A DNA stretch of 64,000 nucleotides. It comes from Balanoglossus misakiensis (taxonomy: Eukaryota; Animalia; Hemichordata). The notes below the pieces were generated by a model. It saw only the letters and a program-made list of their open reading frames with translations, did not search any database and was not told the origin of the DNA. Where the stretch lies: NCBI GenBank assembly GCA_040954595.2, contig CM082590.2, positions 1,674,001 through 1,738,000 of the forward strand, in the 5' to 3' direction. The position numbers and the translations under genes are program-made. Below are positions 25,430 to 40,600 of the stretch, in pieces; position 1 is the stretch's first letter; each line of letters opens with the position of its first letter.

Positions 25430-28400
25430 GACCCAGATCATTTATGAAGTCAATATGAACAACTTAATTTGATGTCTGTACATTGTTAACAGAATACCAC
25501 AGTTGTAATAATTTGTCTGGTCACAATATGTCTATAGACACATCATGTACATGGACATGAATGCAAGAATGGACACAGATCATTTATGAAGTCAATGTAA
25601 ACAACTTTACTTGAAGTCAGTACATTGTAAACATAATACCACAGTTGTAATAATTTGTCTGGACACAATATGTCTATAGACACATCACGTACATGGACAT
25701 GAATGCAAGAATGGACACAGATCATTTATGAAGTCAATGTGAACAACTTTTCTTGAAGTCAGTACATTGTAAACAGAATACCACAGTTGTAATAATTTGT
25801 CTGCTCACAATATATCTATAGACACATCACGTACATGGACATGAATGCAAGAATGGACACAGATCATTTATGAAGTCAATGTGAACAACTTTACTTGAAG
25901 TCAGTACATTGTAAACAGAATACCACAGTTGTAATAATTTGTCTGCTCACAATATGTCTATAGACACATCACGTACATGGACATGAATGCAAGAATGGAC
26001 ACAGATCATTTATGAAGTCAATGTGAACAACTTTACTTGAAGTCAGTACATTGTAAACAGAAAATCACAGTTGTAATAATTTGTCTGGTCACAATATGTC
26101 TATAGACACATCATGTACATGGACATGAATGCAAGAATGGACCCAGATCATTTATGAAGTCAATATGAACAACTTTATTTGATGTCAGTACATTGTTAAC
26201 ACAATACCACAGTTGTAATAATTTGTCAGGTCACAATATGTCTATAGACACATCATGTACATGGACATGAATGCAAGAATGGACACAGATCACTTATGAA
26301 GTCAATGTGAACAACTTTACTTGAAGTCAGTACATTGTAAACAGAAGACCAGAGTTGTAATAATTTGTCTGGTCACAATATGTCTATAGACACATCATGT
26401 ACATGGACATGAATGCAAGAATGGACCCAGATCATTTATGAAGTCAATATGAACAACTTTATTTGATGTCAGTACATTGTTAACAGAATACCACAGTTGT
26501 AATAATTTGTCAGGTCACAATATGTCTATAGACACATCATGTACATGGGTATGAATGCAAGAATGGACACAGATCATTTATGAAGTCAATGTGAACAACT
26601 TTACTTGAAGTCAGTACATTGTAAACAGAATACCACAGTTGTAATAATTTGTCTGGACACAATATGTCTATAGACACATCACGTACATGGACATGAATGC
26701 AAGAATGGACACAGATCATTTATGAAGTCAATGTGAACAACTTTACTTGAAGTCAGTACATTGTAAACAGAATACCACAGTTGTAATAATTTGTCTGGTC
26801 ACAATATGTCTATAGACACATCACGTACATGGACATGAATGCAAGAATGGACACAGATCATTTATGAAGTCAATGTGAATAACTTTACTTGAAGTCAGTA
26901 AATTGTAAACAGAATACCAGAGTTGTAATAATTTGTCTGATCACAAAAGTCTATAGACACATCACGAAAATTGACACGAATGAAAGAATGGACACAGATC
27001 ATTTATGAAGTCAATATGAACAACTTAATTTGATGTCTGTACATTGTTAACAGAATACCACAGTTGTAATAATTTGTCTGGTCACAATATGTCTATAGAC
27101 ACATCATGTACATGGACATGAATGCAAGAATGGACACAGATCATTTATGAAGTCAATGTAAACAACTTTACTTGAAGTCAGTACATTGTAAACATAATAC
27201 CACAGTTGTAATAATTTGTCTGGACACAATATGTCTATAGACACATCACGTACATGGACATGAATGCAAGAATGGACACAGATCATTTATGAAGTCAATG
27301 TGAACAACTTTTCTTGAAGTCAGTACATTGTAAACAGAATACCACAGTTGTAATAATTTGTCTGCTCACAATATGTCTATAGACACATCACGTACATGGA
27401 CATGAATGCAAGAATGGACACAGATCATTTATGAAGTCAATGTGAACAACTTTACTTGAAGTCAGTACATTGTAAACAGAATACCACAGTTGTAATAATT
27501 TGTCTGCTCACAATATGTCTATAGACACATCACGTACATGGACATGAATGCAAGAATGGACACAGATCATTTATGAAGTCAATGTGAACAACTTTACTTG
27601 AAGTCAGTACATTGTAAACAGAAAATCACAGTTGTAATAATTTGTCTGGTCACAATATGTCTATAGACACATCATGTACATGGACATGAATGCAAGAATG
27701 GACCCAGATCATTTATGAAGTCAATATGAACAACTTTATTTGATGTCAGTACATTGTTAACACAATACCACAGTTGTAATAATTTGTCAGGTCACAATAT
27801 GTCTATAGACACATCATGTACATGGACATGAATGCAAGAATGGACACAGATCACTTATGAAGTCAATGTGAACAACTTTACTTGAAGTCAGTACATTGTA
27901 AACAGAAGACCAGAGTTGTAATAATTTGTCTGGTCACAATATGTCTATAGACACATCATGTACATGGACATGAATGCAAGAATGGACCCAGATCATTTAT
28001 GAAGTCAATATGAACAACTTTATTTGATGTCAGTACATTGTTAACAGAATACCACAGTTGTAATAATTTGTCAGGTCACAATATGTCTATAGACACATCA
28101 TGTACATGGGTATGAATGCAAGAATGGACACAGATCATTTATGAAGTCAATGTGAACAACTTTACTTGAAGTCAGTACATTGTAAACAGAATACCACAGT
28201 TGTAATAATTTGTCTGGACACAATATGTCTATAGACACATCACGTACATGGACATGAATGCAAGAATGGACACAGATCATTTATGAAGTCAATGTGAACA
28301 ACTTTACTTGAAGTCAGTACATTGTAAACAGAATACCACAGTTGTAATAATTTGTCTGGTCACAATATGTCTATAGACACATCACGTACATGGACATGAA

Positions 28401-28570
28401 TGCAAGAATGGACACAGATCATTTATGAAGTCAATGTGAATAACTTTACTTGAAGTCAGTAAATTGTAAACAGAATACCAGAGTTGTAATAATTTGTCTG
28501 ATCACAAAAGTCTATAGACACATCACGAAAATTGACACGAATGAAAGAATGGACACAGATCATTTATGAA
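25430..28570. repeat. 11-monomer tandem duplication, 1561-bp period
   Basis: ORF pairs 25543/27104 and 26537/28098; 1-bp deletion marker TCACAAAAGTCT at 26941/28502; 11x142-1=1561. Confidence 0.88.
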
Positions 28571-31500
28571 GTCAATGTGAACAACTTTACTTGAAGTCAG
28601 TACATTGTAAAAAGAATACCAGAGTTGTAATAATTTGTCTGGTCACAATATGTCTATAGACACATCATGTACATGGACACGAATGCACACAGATCATTTA
28701 TGAAGTCAATGTGAACAACTTTACTTGAAGTCAGTACATTGTAAACAGAATACCAGAGTTGCAATAATTGATCACAATATGTCTATAGACACATCACGTA
28801 CATGAACATGAATGCAAGAATGGACACAGATCATTTATGAAGTCAATGTGAACAACTTTACTTGAAGTCAGTACATTGTAAACAGAATACCACAGTTGTA
28901 ATAATTTTTCTGGTCACAATATGTCTATAGACACATCATGTACATGGACACGAATGCACACAGATCATTTATGAAGTCAATGTGAACAACTTTACTTGAA
29001 GTCAGTACATTGTAAACAGAATACCAGAGTTGTAATAATTTGTCTGATCACAATATGTCTATAGACACATCACGTAAATTGACACGAATGAAAGAATGGA
29101 CACAGATCATTTATGAAGTCAATGTGAACAACTTTACTTGAAGTCAGTGCATTGTAAACAGAATACCAGAGTTGCAATAATTTGTCTGATCACAATATGT
29201 CTATAGACACATCACGTAAATTGACACGAATGAAAGAATGGACACAGATCCTTTATGAAGTCAATGTGAACAACTTCACTTGAATTCAGTACATTGTGAA
29301 CAGAATACATGAGTTGAAATAGTTTGTCTGGTCACAATATGTCTATAGACACATCATGTACATGGACATGAATGCAAGAATGGACACAGATCATTTATGA
29401 AGTCAATGTGAACAACTTTACTTAAAGTCAGTACATTGTAAACAGAATACCACAGTTGTAATAATTTGTCTGCTCACAATATGTCTATAGACACATCATG
29501 TACATGGACATAAATGCAAGAATGGACACAGATCATTTATGAAGTCAATGTGAACAACTTTACTTGAAGTCAGTACATTGTAAACAGAATACCACAGTTG
29601 TAATAATTTGTCTGGTCACAATATGTCTATAGACACATCATGTACATGGACATGAATGCAAGAATTGACCCAGATCATTTATGAAGTCAATGTGAACAAC
29701 TTTATTTGATGTCAGTACATTGTAAACAGAATACCACAGTTGTAATAATTTGTCAGGTCACAATATGTCTATAGACACATCATGTACATGGACATGAATG
29801 CAAGAATGGACACAGATCACTTATGAAGTCAATGTGAACAACTTTACTTGAAGTCAGTACATTGTAAACAGAATACCAGAGTTGTAATAATTTGTCTGGT
29901 CACAATATGTCTATAGACACATCATGTACATGGACATGAATGCAAGAATGGACCCAGATCATTTATGAAGTCAATATGAACAACTTTATTTGATGTCAGT
30001 ACATTGTTAACAGAATACCACAGTTGTAATAATTTGTCAGGTCACAATATGTCTATAGACACATCATGTACATGGGTATGAATGCAAGAATGGACACAGA
30101 TCATTTATGAAGTCAATGTGAACAACTTTACTTGAAGTCAGTACATTGTAAACAGAATACCACAGTTGTAATAATTTGTCTGGACACAATATGTCTATAG
30201 ACACATCACGTACATGGACATGAATGCAAGAATGGACACAGATCATTTATGAAGTCAATGTGAACAACTTTACTTGAAGTCAGTACATTGTAAACAGAAT
30301 ACCACAGTTGTAATAATTTGTGTGGTCACAATATGTCTATAGACACATCACGTACATGGACATGAATGCAAGAATGGACACAGATCATTTATGAAGTCAA
30401 TGTGAATAACTTTACTTGAAGTCAGTAAATTGTAAACAGAATACCAGAGTTTTAATAATTTGTCTGATCACAAAAGTCTATAGACACATCACGTAAATTG
30501 ACACGAATGAAAGAATGGACACAGATCATTTATGAAGTCAATGTGAACAACTTTACTTGAAGTCAGTACATTGTAAACAGAATACCACAGTTGTAATAAT
30601 TTTTCTGGTCACAATATGTCTATAGACACATCATGTACATGGACACGAATGCACACAGATCATTTATGAAGTCAATGTGAACAACTTTACTTGAAGTCAG
30701 TACATTGTAAACAGAATACCAGAGTTGTAATAATTTGTCTGATCACAATATGTCTATAGACACATCACGTAAATTGACACGAATGAAAGAATGGACACAG
30801 ATCATTTATGAAGTCAATGTGAACAACTTTACTTGAAGTCAGTGCATTGTAAACAGAATACCAGAGGTGCAATAATTTGTCTGATCACAATATGTCTATA
30901 GACACATCACGTAAATTGACACGAATGAAAGAATGGACACAGATCCTTTATGAAGTCAATGTGAACAACTTCACTTGAATTCAGTACATTGTGAACAGAA
31001 TACATGAGTTGAAATAGTTTGTCTGGTCACAATATGTCTATAGACACATCATGTACATGGACACGAATGCACACAGATCATTTATGAAGTCAATGTGAAC
31101 AACTTTACTTGAAGTCAGTACATTGTAAACAGAATACCAGAGTTGTAATAATTTGTCTGATCACAATATGTCTATAGACACATCACGTAAATTGACACGA
31201 ATGAAAGAATGGACACAGATCATTTATGAAGTCAATGTGAACAACTTTACTTGAAGTCAGTGCATTGTAAACAGAATACCAGAGGTGCAATAATTTGTCT
31301 GATCACAATATGTCTATAGACACATCACGTAAATTGACACGAATGAAAGAATGGACACAGATCCTTTATGAAGTCAATGTGAACAACTTCACTTGAATTC
31401 AGTACATTGTGAACAGAATACATGAGTTGAAATAGTTTGTCTGGTCACAATATGTCTATAGACACATCATGTACATGGACATGAATGCAAGAATGGACAC

Positions 31501-31649
31501 AGATCATTTATGAAGTCAATGTGAACAACTTTACTTAAAGTCAGTACATTGTAAACAGAATACCACAGTTGTAATAATTTGTCTGCTCACAATATGTCTA
31601 TAGACACATCATGTACATGGACATGAATGCAAGAATGGACACAGATCAT

Positions 31650-34600
31650 TTATGAAGTCAATGTGAACAACTTTACTTGAAGTCAGTACATTGTAAACAG
31701 AATACCACAGTTGTAATAATTTGTCTGGTCACAATATGTCTATAGACACATCATGTACATGGACATGAATGCAAGAATTGACCCAGATCATTTATGAAGT
31801 CAATGTGAACAACTTTATTTGATGTCAGTACATTGTAAACAGAATACCACAGTTGTAATAATTTGTCTGGTCACAATATGTCTATAGACAAATCACGTAC
31901 ATGGACATGAATGCAAGAATGGACACAGATCATTTATGAAGTCAATGTGAACAACTTTACTTGAAGTCAGTACATTGTAAACAGAATACCAGAGTTGTAA
32001 TAATTTGTCTGATCACAATATGTCTATAGACACATCATGTACATGGACATGAATGCAAGAATTGACCCAGATCATTTATGAAGTCAATGTGAACAACTTT
32101 ATTTGATGTCAGTACATTGTAAACAGAATACCACAGTTGTAATAATTTGTCTGGTCACAATATGTCTATAGACACATCATGTACATGGACATGAATGCAA
32201 GAATTGACCCAGATCATTTATGAAGTCAATATGAACAACATTATTTGATGTCAGTAAATTGTTAACAGAATACCACAGTTGTAATAATTTGTCTGGTCAC
32301 AATATGTCTATAGACACATCATGTACATGGACATGAATGCAAGAATGGACACAGATCATTTATGAAGTCAATGTGAACAACTTTACTTGAAGTCAGTACA
32401 TTGTAAACAGAATACCAGAGTTGTAATAATTTGTCTGGTCACAATATGTCTATAGACACATCATGTACATGGAAACGAATGAAAGAATGCACACAGATCA
32501 TTTATGAAGTCAATGTGAACAACTTTACTTGAAGTCAGTACATTGTAAACAGAATACCAGAGTTGTAATAATTTGTCTGATCACAATATGTCTATAGACT
32601 CATTTATGAAGTCAATGTGAACAACTTTACTTGAAGTCAGTACATTGTAAACAGAATACCAGAGTTGTAATAATTTGTCTGATCACAATATGTCTATAGA
32701 CACATCACGTAAATTGACACAAATGAAAGAATGGACACAGATCATTTATGAAGTCAATGTGAACAAATTTACTTGAAGTCAGTACATTGTAAACAGAATA
32801 CCAGAGTTGTAATAATTTGTCTGGTCACAATATGTCTATAGACACATCATGTACATGGACACGAATGCACACAGATCATTTATGAAGTCAATGTGAACAA
32901 CTTTACTTGAAGTCAGTAAATTGTAAACAGAATACCAGAGTTGTAATAATTTGTCTGATCACAATATGTCTATAGACACATCACGTAAATTGACACGAAT
33001 GAAAGAATGGACACAGATCATTTATGAAGTCAATGTGAACAACTTTACTTGAAGTCAGTACATTGTAAACAGAATACCAGAGTTGCAATAATTTGTCTGA
33101 TCACAATATGTCTATAGACACATCACGTAAATTGACACGAATGAAAGAATGGACACAGATCCTTTATGAAGTCAATGTGAACAACTTCACTTGAATTCAG
33201 TACATTGTAAACAGAATACCAGAGTTGAAATAGTTTGTCTGGTCACAATATGTCTATAGACACATCATGTACATGGACATGAATGCAAGAATGGACACAG
33301 ATCATTTATGAAGTCAATGTGAACAACTTTACTTGAAGTCAGTACATTGTAAACAGAATACCAGAGTTGTAATAATTTGTCTGGTCACAATATGTCTATA
33401 GACATATCATGTACATGGACACGAATGAAAGAATGCACACAGATCATTTATGAAGTCAATGTGAACAACTTTACTTGAAGTCAGTACATTGTAAACAGAA
33501 TACCACAGTTGTAATAATTTGTCTGCTCACAATATGTCTATAGACACATCATGTACATGGACATGAATGCAAGAATGGACACAGATCATTTATGAAGTCA
33601 ATGTGAACAACTTTACTTGAAGTCAGTACATTGTAAACAGAATACCAGAGTTGTAATAATTTGTCTGATCACAATATGTCTATAGACACATCATGTACAT
33701 GGACATGAATGCAAGAATTGACCCAGATCATTTATGAAGTCAATGTGAACAATTTTATTTGATGTCAGTACATTGTAAACAGAATACCACAGTTGTAATA
33801 ATTTGTCTGGTCACAATATGTCTATAGACACATCACGTAAATTGACACAAATGAAAGAATGGACACAGATCATTTATGAAGTCAATGTGAACAAATTTAC
33901 TTGAAGTCAGTACATTGTAAACAGAATACCAGAGTTGTAATAATTTGTCTGGTCACAATATGTCTATAGACACATCATGTACATGGACACGAATGCACAC
34001 AGATCATTTATGAAGTCAATGTGAACAACTTTACTTGAAGTCAGTAAATTGTAAACAGAATACCAGAGTTGTAATAATTTGTCTGATCACAATATGTCTA
34101 TAGACACATCACGTAAATTGACACGAATGAAAGAATGGACACAGATCATTTATGAAGTCAATGTGAACAACTTTACTTGAAGTCAGTACATTGTAAACAG
34201 AATACCAGAGTTGTAATAATTTGTCTGGTCACAATATGTCTATAGACATATTATGTACATGGACACGAATGAAAGAATGCACACAGATCATTTATGAAGT
34301 CAATGTGAACAACTTTACTTGAAGTCAGTACATTGTAAACAGAATACCAGAGTTGTAATAATTTGTCTGGTCACAATATGTCTATAGACATATCATGTAC
34401 ATGGACACGAATGAAAGAATGCACACAGATCATTTATGAAGTCAATGTGAACAACTTTACTTGAAGTCAGTACATTGTAAACAGAATACCACAGTTGTAA
34501 TAATTTGTCTGCTCACAATATGTCTATAGACACATCATGTACATGGACATGAATGCAAGAATGGACACAGATCATTTATGAAGTCAATGTGAACAACTTT

Positions 34601-37600
34601 ACTTGAAGTCAGTACATTGTAAACAGAATACCAGAGTTGTAATAATTTGTCTGATCACAATATGTCTATAGACACATCATGTACATGGACATGAATGCAA
34701 GAATTGACCCAGATCATTTATGAAGTCAATGTGAACAATTTTATTTGATGTCAGTACATTGTAAACAGAATACCACAGTTGTAATAATTTGTCTGGTCAC
34801 AATATGTCTATAGACACATCACGTAAATTGACACAAATGAAAGAATGGACACAGATCATTTATGAAGTCAATGTGAACAAATTTACTTGAAGTCAGTACA
34901 TTGTAAACAGAATACCAGAGTTGTAATAATTTGTCTGGTCACAATATGTCTATAGACACATCATGTACATGGACACGAATGCACACAGATCATTTATGAA
35001 GTCAATGTGAACAACTTTACTTGAAGTCAGTAAATTGTAAACAGAATACCAGAGTTGTAATAATTTGTCTGATCACAATATGTCTATAGACACATCACGT
35101 AAATTGACACGAATGAAAGAATGGACACAGATCATTTATGAAGTCAATGTGAACAACTTTACTTGAAGTCAGTACATTGTAAACAGAATACCAGAGTTGC
35201 AATAATTTGTCTGATCACAATATGTCTATAGACACATCACGTAAATTGACACGAATGAAAGAATGGACACAGATCCTTTATGAAGTCAATGTGAACAACT
35301 TCACTTGAATTCAGTACATTGTAAACAGAATACCAGAGTTGAAATAGTTTGTCTGGTCACAATATGTCTATAGACACATCATGTACATGGACATGAATGC
35401 AAGAATGGACACAGATCATTTATGAAGTCAATGTGAACAACTTTACTTGAAGTCAGTACATTGTAAACAGAATACCACAGTTGTAATAATTTGTCTGGTC
35501 ACAATATGTCTATAGACACATCATGTACATGGACATGAATGCAAGAATTGACCCAGATCATTTATGAAGTCAATGTGAACAACTTTACTTGAAGTCAGTA
35601 CATTGTAAACAGAATACCACAGTTGTAATAATTTGTCTGCTCACAATATGTCTATAGACACATCATGTACATGGACATGAATGCAAGAATGGACACAGAT
35701 CATTTATGAAGTCAATGTGAACAACTTTACTTGAAGTCAGTACATTGTAAACAGAATACCAGAGTTGTAATAATTTGTCTGATCACAATATGTCTATAGA
35801 CACATCATGTACATGGACATGAATGCAAGAATTGACCCAGATCATTTATGAAGTCAATGTGAACAATTTTATTTGATGTCAGTACATTGTAAACAGAATA
35901 CCACAGTTGTAATAATTTGTCTGGTCACAATATGTCTATAGACACATCACGTAAATTGACACAAATGAAAGAATGGACACAGATCATTTATGAAGTCAAT
36001 GTGAACAAATTTACTTGAAGTCAGTACATTGTAAACAGAATACCAGAGTTGTAATAATTTGTCTGGTCACAATATGTCTATAGACACATCATGTACATGG
36101 ACACGAATGCACACAGATCATTTATGAAGTCAATGTGAACAACTTTACTTGAAGTCAGTAAATTGTAAACAGAATACCAGAGTTGTAATAATTTGTCTGA
36201 TCACAATATGTCTATAGACACATCACGTAAATTGACACGAATGAAAGAATGGACACAGATCATTTATGAAGTCAATGTGAACAACTTTACTTGAAGTCAG
36301 TACATTGTAAACAGAATACCAGAGTTGCAATAATTTGTCTGATCACAATATGTCTATAGACACATCACGTAAATTGACACGAATGAAAGAATGGACACAG
36401 ATCCTTTATGAAGTCAATGTGAACAACTTCACTTGAATTCAGTACATTGTAAACAGAATACCAGAGTTGAAATAGTTTGTCTGGTCACAATATGTCTATA
36501 GACACATCATGTACATGGACATGAATGCAAGAATGGACACAGATCATTTATGAAGTCAATGTGAACAACTTTACTTGAAGTCAGTACATTGTAAACAGAA
36601 TACCACAGTTGTAATAATTTGTCTGGTCACAATATGTCTATAGACACATCATGTACATGGACATGAATGCAAGAATTGACCCAGATCATTTATGAAGTCA
36701 ATGTGAACAACTTTATTTGATGTCAGTACATTGTAAACAGAATACCACAGTTGTAATAATTTGTCTGGTCACAATATGTCTATAGACAAATCACGTACAT
36801 GGACATGAATGCAAGAATGGACACAGATCATTTATGAAGTCAATGTGAACAACTTTACTTGAAGTCAGTACATTGTAAACAGAATACCAGAGTTGTAATA
36901 ATTTGTCTGATCACAATATGTCTATAGACACATCATGTACATGGACATGAATGCAAGAATTGACCCAGATCATTTATGAAGTCAATGTGAACAACTTTAT
37001 TTGATGTCAGTACATTGTAAACAGAATACCACAGTTGTAATAATTTGTCTGGTCACAATATGTCTATAGACACATCATGTACATGGACATGAATGCAAGA
37101 ATGGACACAGATCATTTATGAAGTCAATGTGAACAACTTTACTTGAAGTCAGTACATTGTAAACAGAATACCAGAGTTGTAATAATTTGTCTGGTCACAA
37201 TATGTCTATAGACACATCATGTACATGGACATGAATGCAAGAATTGACCCAGATCATTTATGAAGTCAATATGAACAACATTATTTGATGTCAGTAAATT
37301 GTTAACAGAATACCACAGTTGTAATAATTTGTCTGGTCACAATATGTCTATAGACACATCATGTACATGGACATGAATGCAAGAATGGACACAGATCATT
37401 TATGAAGTCAATGTGAACAACTTTACTTGAAGTCAGTACATTGTAAACAGAATACCAGAGTTGTAATAATTTGTCTGGTCACAATATGTCTATAGACACA
37501 TCATGTACATGGACACGAATGAAAGAATGCACACAGATCATTTATGAAGTCAATGTGAACAACTTTACTTGAAGTCAGTACATTGTAAACAGAATACCAG

Positions 37601-40600
37601 AGTTGTAATAATTTGTCTGATCACAATATGTCTATAGACTCATTTATGAAGTCAATGTGAACAACTTTACTTGAAGTCAGTACATTGTAAACAGAATACC
37701 AGAGTTGTAATAATTTGTCTGATCACAATATGTCTATAGACACATCACGTAAATTGACACAAATGAAAGAATGGACACAGATCATTTATGAAGTCAATGT
37801 GAACAAATTTACTTGAAGTCAGTACATTGTAAACAGAATACCAGAGTTGTAATAATTTGTCTGGTCACAATATGTCTATAGACACATCATGTACATGGAC
37901 ACGAATGCACACAGATCATTTATGAAGTCAATGTGAACAACTTTACTTGAAGTCAGTAAATTGTAAACAGAATACCAGAGTTGTAATAATTTGTCTGATC
38001 ACAATATGTCTATAGACACATCACGTAAATTGACACGAATGAAAGAATGGACACAGATCATTTATGAAGTCAATGTGAACAACTTTACTTGAAGTCAGTA
38101 CATTGTAAACAGAATACCAGAGTTGCAATAATTTGTCTGATCACAATATGTCTATAGACACATCACGTAAATTGACACGAATGAAAGAATGGACACAGAT
38201 CCTTTATGAAGTCAATGTGAACAACTTCACTTGAATTCAGTACATTGTAAACAGAATACCAGAGTTGAAATAGTTTGTCTGGTCACAATATGTCTATAGA
38301 CACATCATGTACATGGACATGAATGCAAGAATGGACACAGATCATTTATGAAGTCAATGTGAACAACTTTACTTGAAGTCAGTACATTGTAAACAGAATA
38401 CCAGAGTTGTAATAATTTGTCTGGTCACAATATGTCTATAGACATATCATGTACATGGACACGAATGAAAGAATGCACACAGATCATTTATGAAGTCAAT
38501 GTGAACAACTTTACTTGAAGTCAGTACATTGTAAACAGAATACCACAGTTGTAATAATTTGTCTGCTCACAATATGTCTATAGACACATCATGTACATGG
38601 ACATGAATGCAAGAATGGACACAGATCATTTATGAAGTCAATGTGAACAACTTTACTTGAAGTCAGTACATTGTAAACAGAATACCAGAGTTGTAATAAT
38701 TTGTCTGATCACAATATGTCTATAGACACATCATGTACATGGACATGAATGCAAGAATTGACCCAGATCATTTATGAAGTCAATGTGAACAATTTTATTT
38801 GATGTCAGTACATTGTAAACAGAATACCACAGTTGTAATAATTTGTCTGGTCACAATATGTCTATAGACACATCACGTAAATTGACACAAATGAAAGAAT
38901 GGACACAGATCATTTATGAAGTCAATGTGAACAAATTTACTTGAAGTCAGTACATTGTAAACAGAATACCAGAGTTGTAATAATTTGTCTGGTCACAATA
39001 TGTCTATAGACACATCATGTACATGGACACGAATGCACACAGATCATTTATGAAGTCAATGTGAACAACTTTACTTGAAGTCAGTAAATTGTAAACAGAA
39101 TACCAGAGTTGTAATAATTTGTCTGATCACAATATGTCTATAGACACATCACGTAAATTGACACGAATGAAAGAATGGACACAGATCATTTATGAAGTCA
39201 ATGTGAACAACTTTACTTGAAGTCAGTACATTGTAAACAGAATACCAGAGTTGCAATAATTTGTCTGATCACAATATGTCTATAGACACATCACGTAAAT
39301 TGACACGAATGAAAGAATGGACACAGATCCTTTATGAAGTCAATGTGAACAACTTCACTTGAATTCAGTACATTGTAAACAGAATACCAGAGTTGAAATA
39401 GTTTGTCTGGTCACAATATGTCTATAGACACATCATGTACATGGACATGAATGCAAGAATGGACACAGATCATTTATGAAGTCAATGTGAACAACTTTAC
39501 TTGAAGTCAGTACATTGTAAACAGAATACCAGAGTTGTAATAATTTGTCTGGTCACAATATGTCTATAGACATATCATGTACATGGACACGAATGAAAGA
39601 ATGCACACAGATCATTTATGAAGTCAATGTGAACAACTTTACTTGAAGTCAGTACATTGTAAACAGAATACCAGAGTTGTAATAATTTGTCTGATCACAA
39701 TATGTCTATAGACACATCATGTACATGGACATGAATGCAAGAATTGACCCAGATCATTTATGAAGTCAATGTGAACAATTTTATTTGATGTCAGTACATT
39801 GTAAACAGAATACCACAGTTGTAATAATTTGTCTGGTCACAATATGTCTATAGACACATCACGTAAATTGACACAAATGAAAGAATGGACACAGATCATT
39901 TATGAAGTCAATGTGAACAAATTTACTTGAAGTCAGTACATTGTAAACAGAATACCAGAGTTGTAATAATTTGTCTGGTCACAATATGTCTATAGACACA
40001 TCATGTACATGGACACGAATGCACACAGATCATTTATGAAGTCAATGTGAACAACTTTACTTGAAGTCAGTAAATTGTAAACAGAATACCAGAGTTGTAA
40101 TAATTTGTCTGATCACAATATGTCTATAGACACATCACGTAAATTGACACGAATGAAAGAATGGACACAGATCATTTATGAAGTCAATGTGAACAACTTT
40201 ACTTGAAGTCAGTACATTGTAAACAGAATACCAGAGTTGCAATAATTTGTCTGATCACAATATGTCTATAGACACATCACGTAAATTGACACGAATGAAA
40301 GAATGGACACAGATCCTTTATGAAGTCAATGTGAACAACTTCACTTGAATTCAGTAAATTGTAAACAGAATACCAGAGTTGTAATAATGTGTCTGATCAC
40401 AATATGTCTATAGACACATCACGTAAATTGACACGAATGAAAGAATGGACACAGATCCTTTATGAAGTCAATGTGAACAACTTCACTTGAATTCAGTAAA
40501 TTGTAAACAGAATACCAGAGTTGTAATAATGTGTCTGATCACAATATGTCTATAGACACATCACGTAAATTGACACGAATGAAAGAATGGACACAGATCA

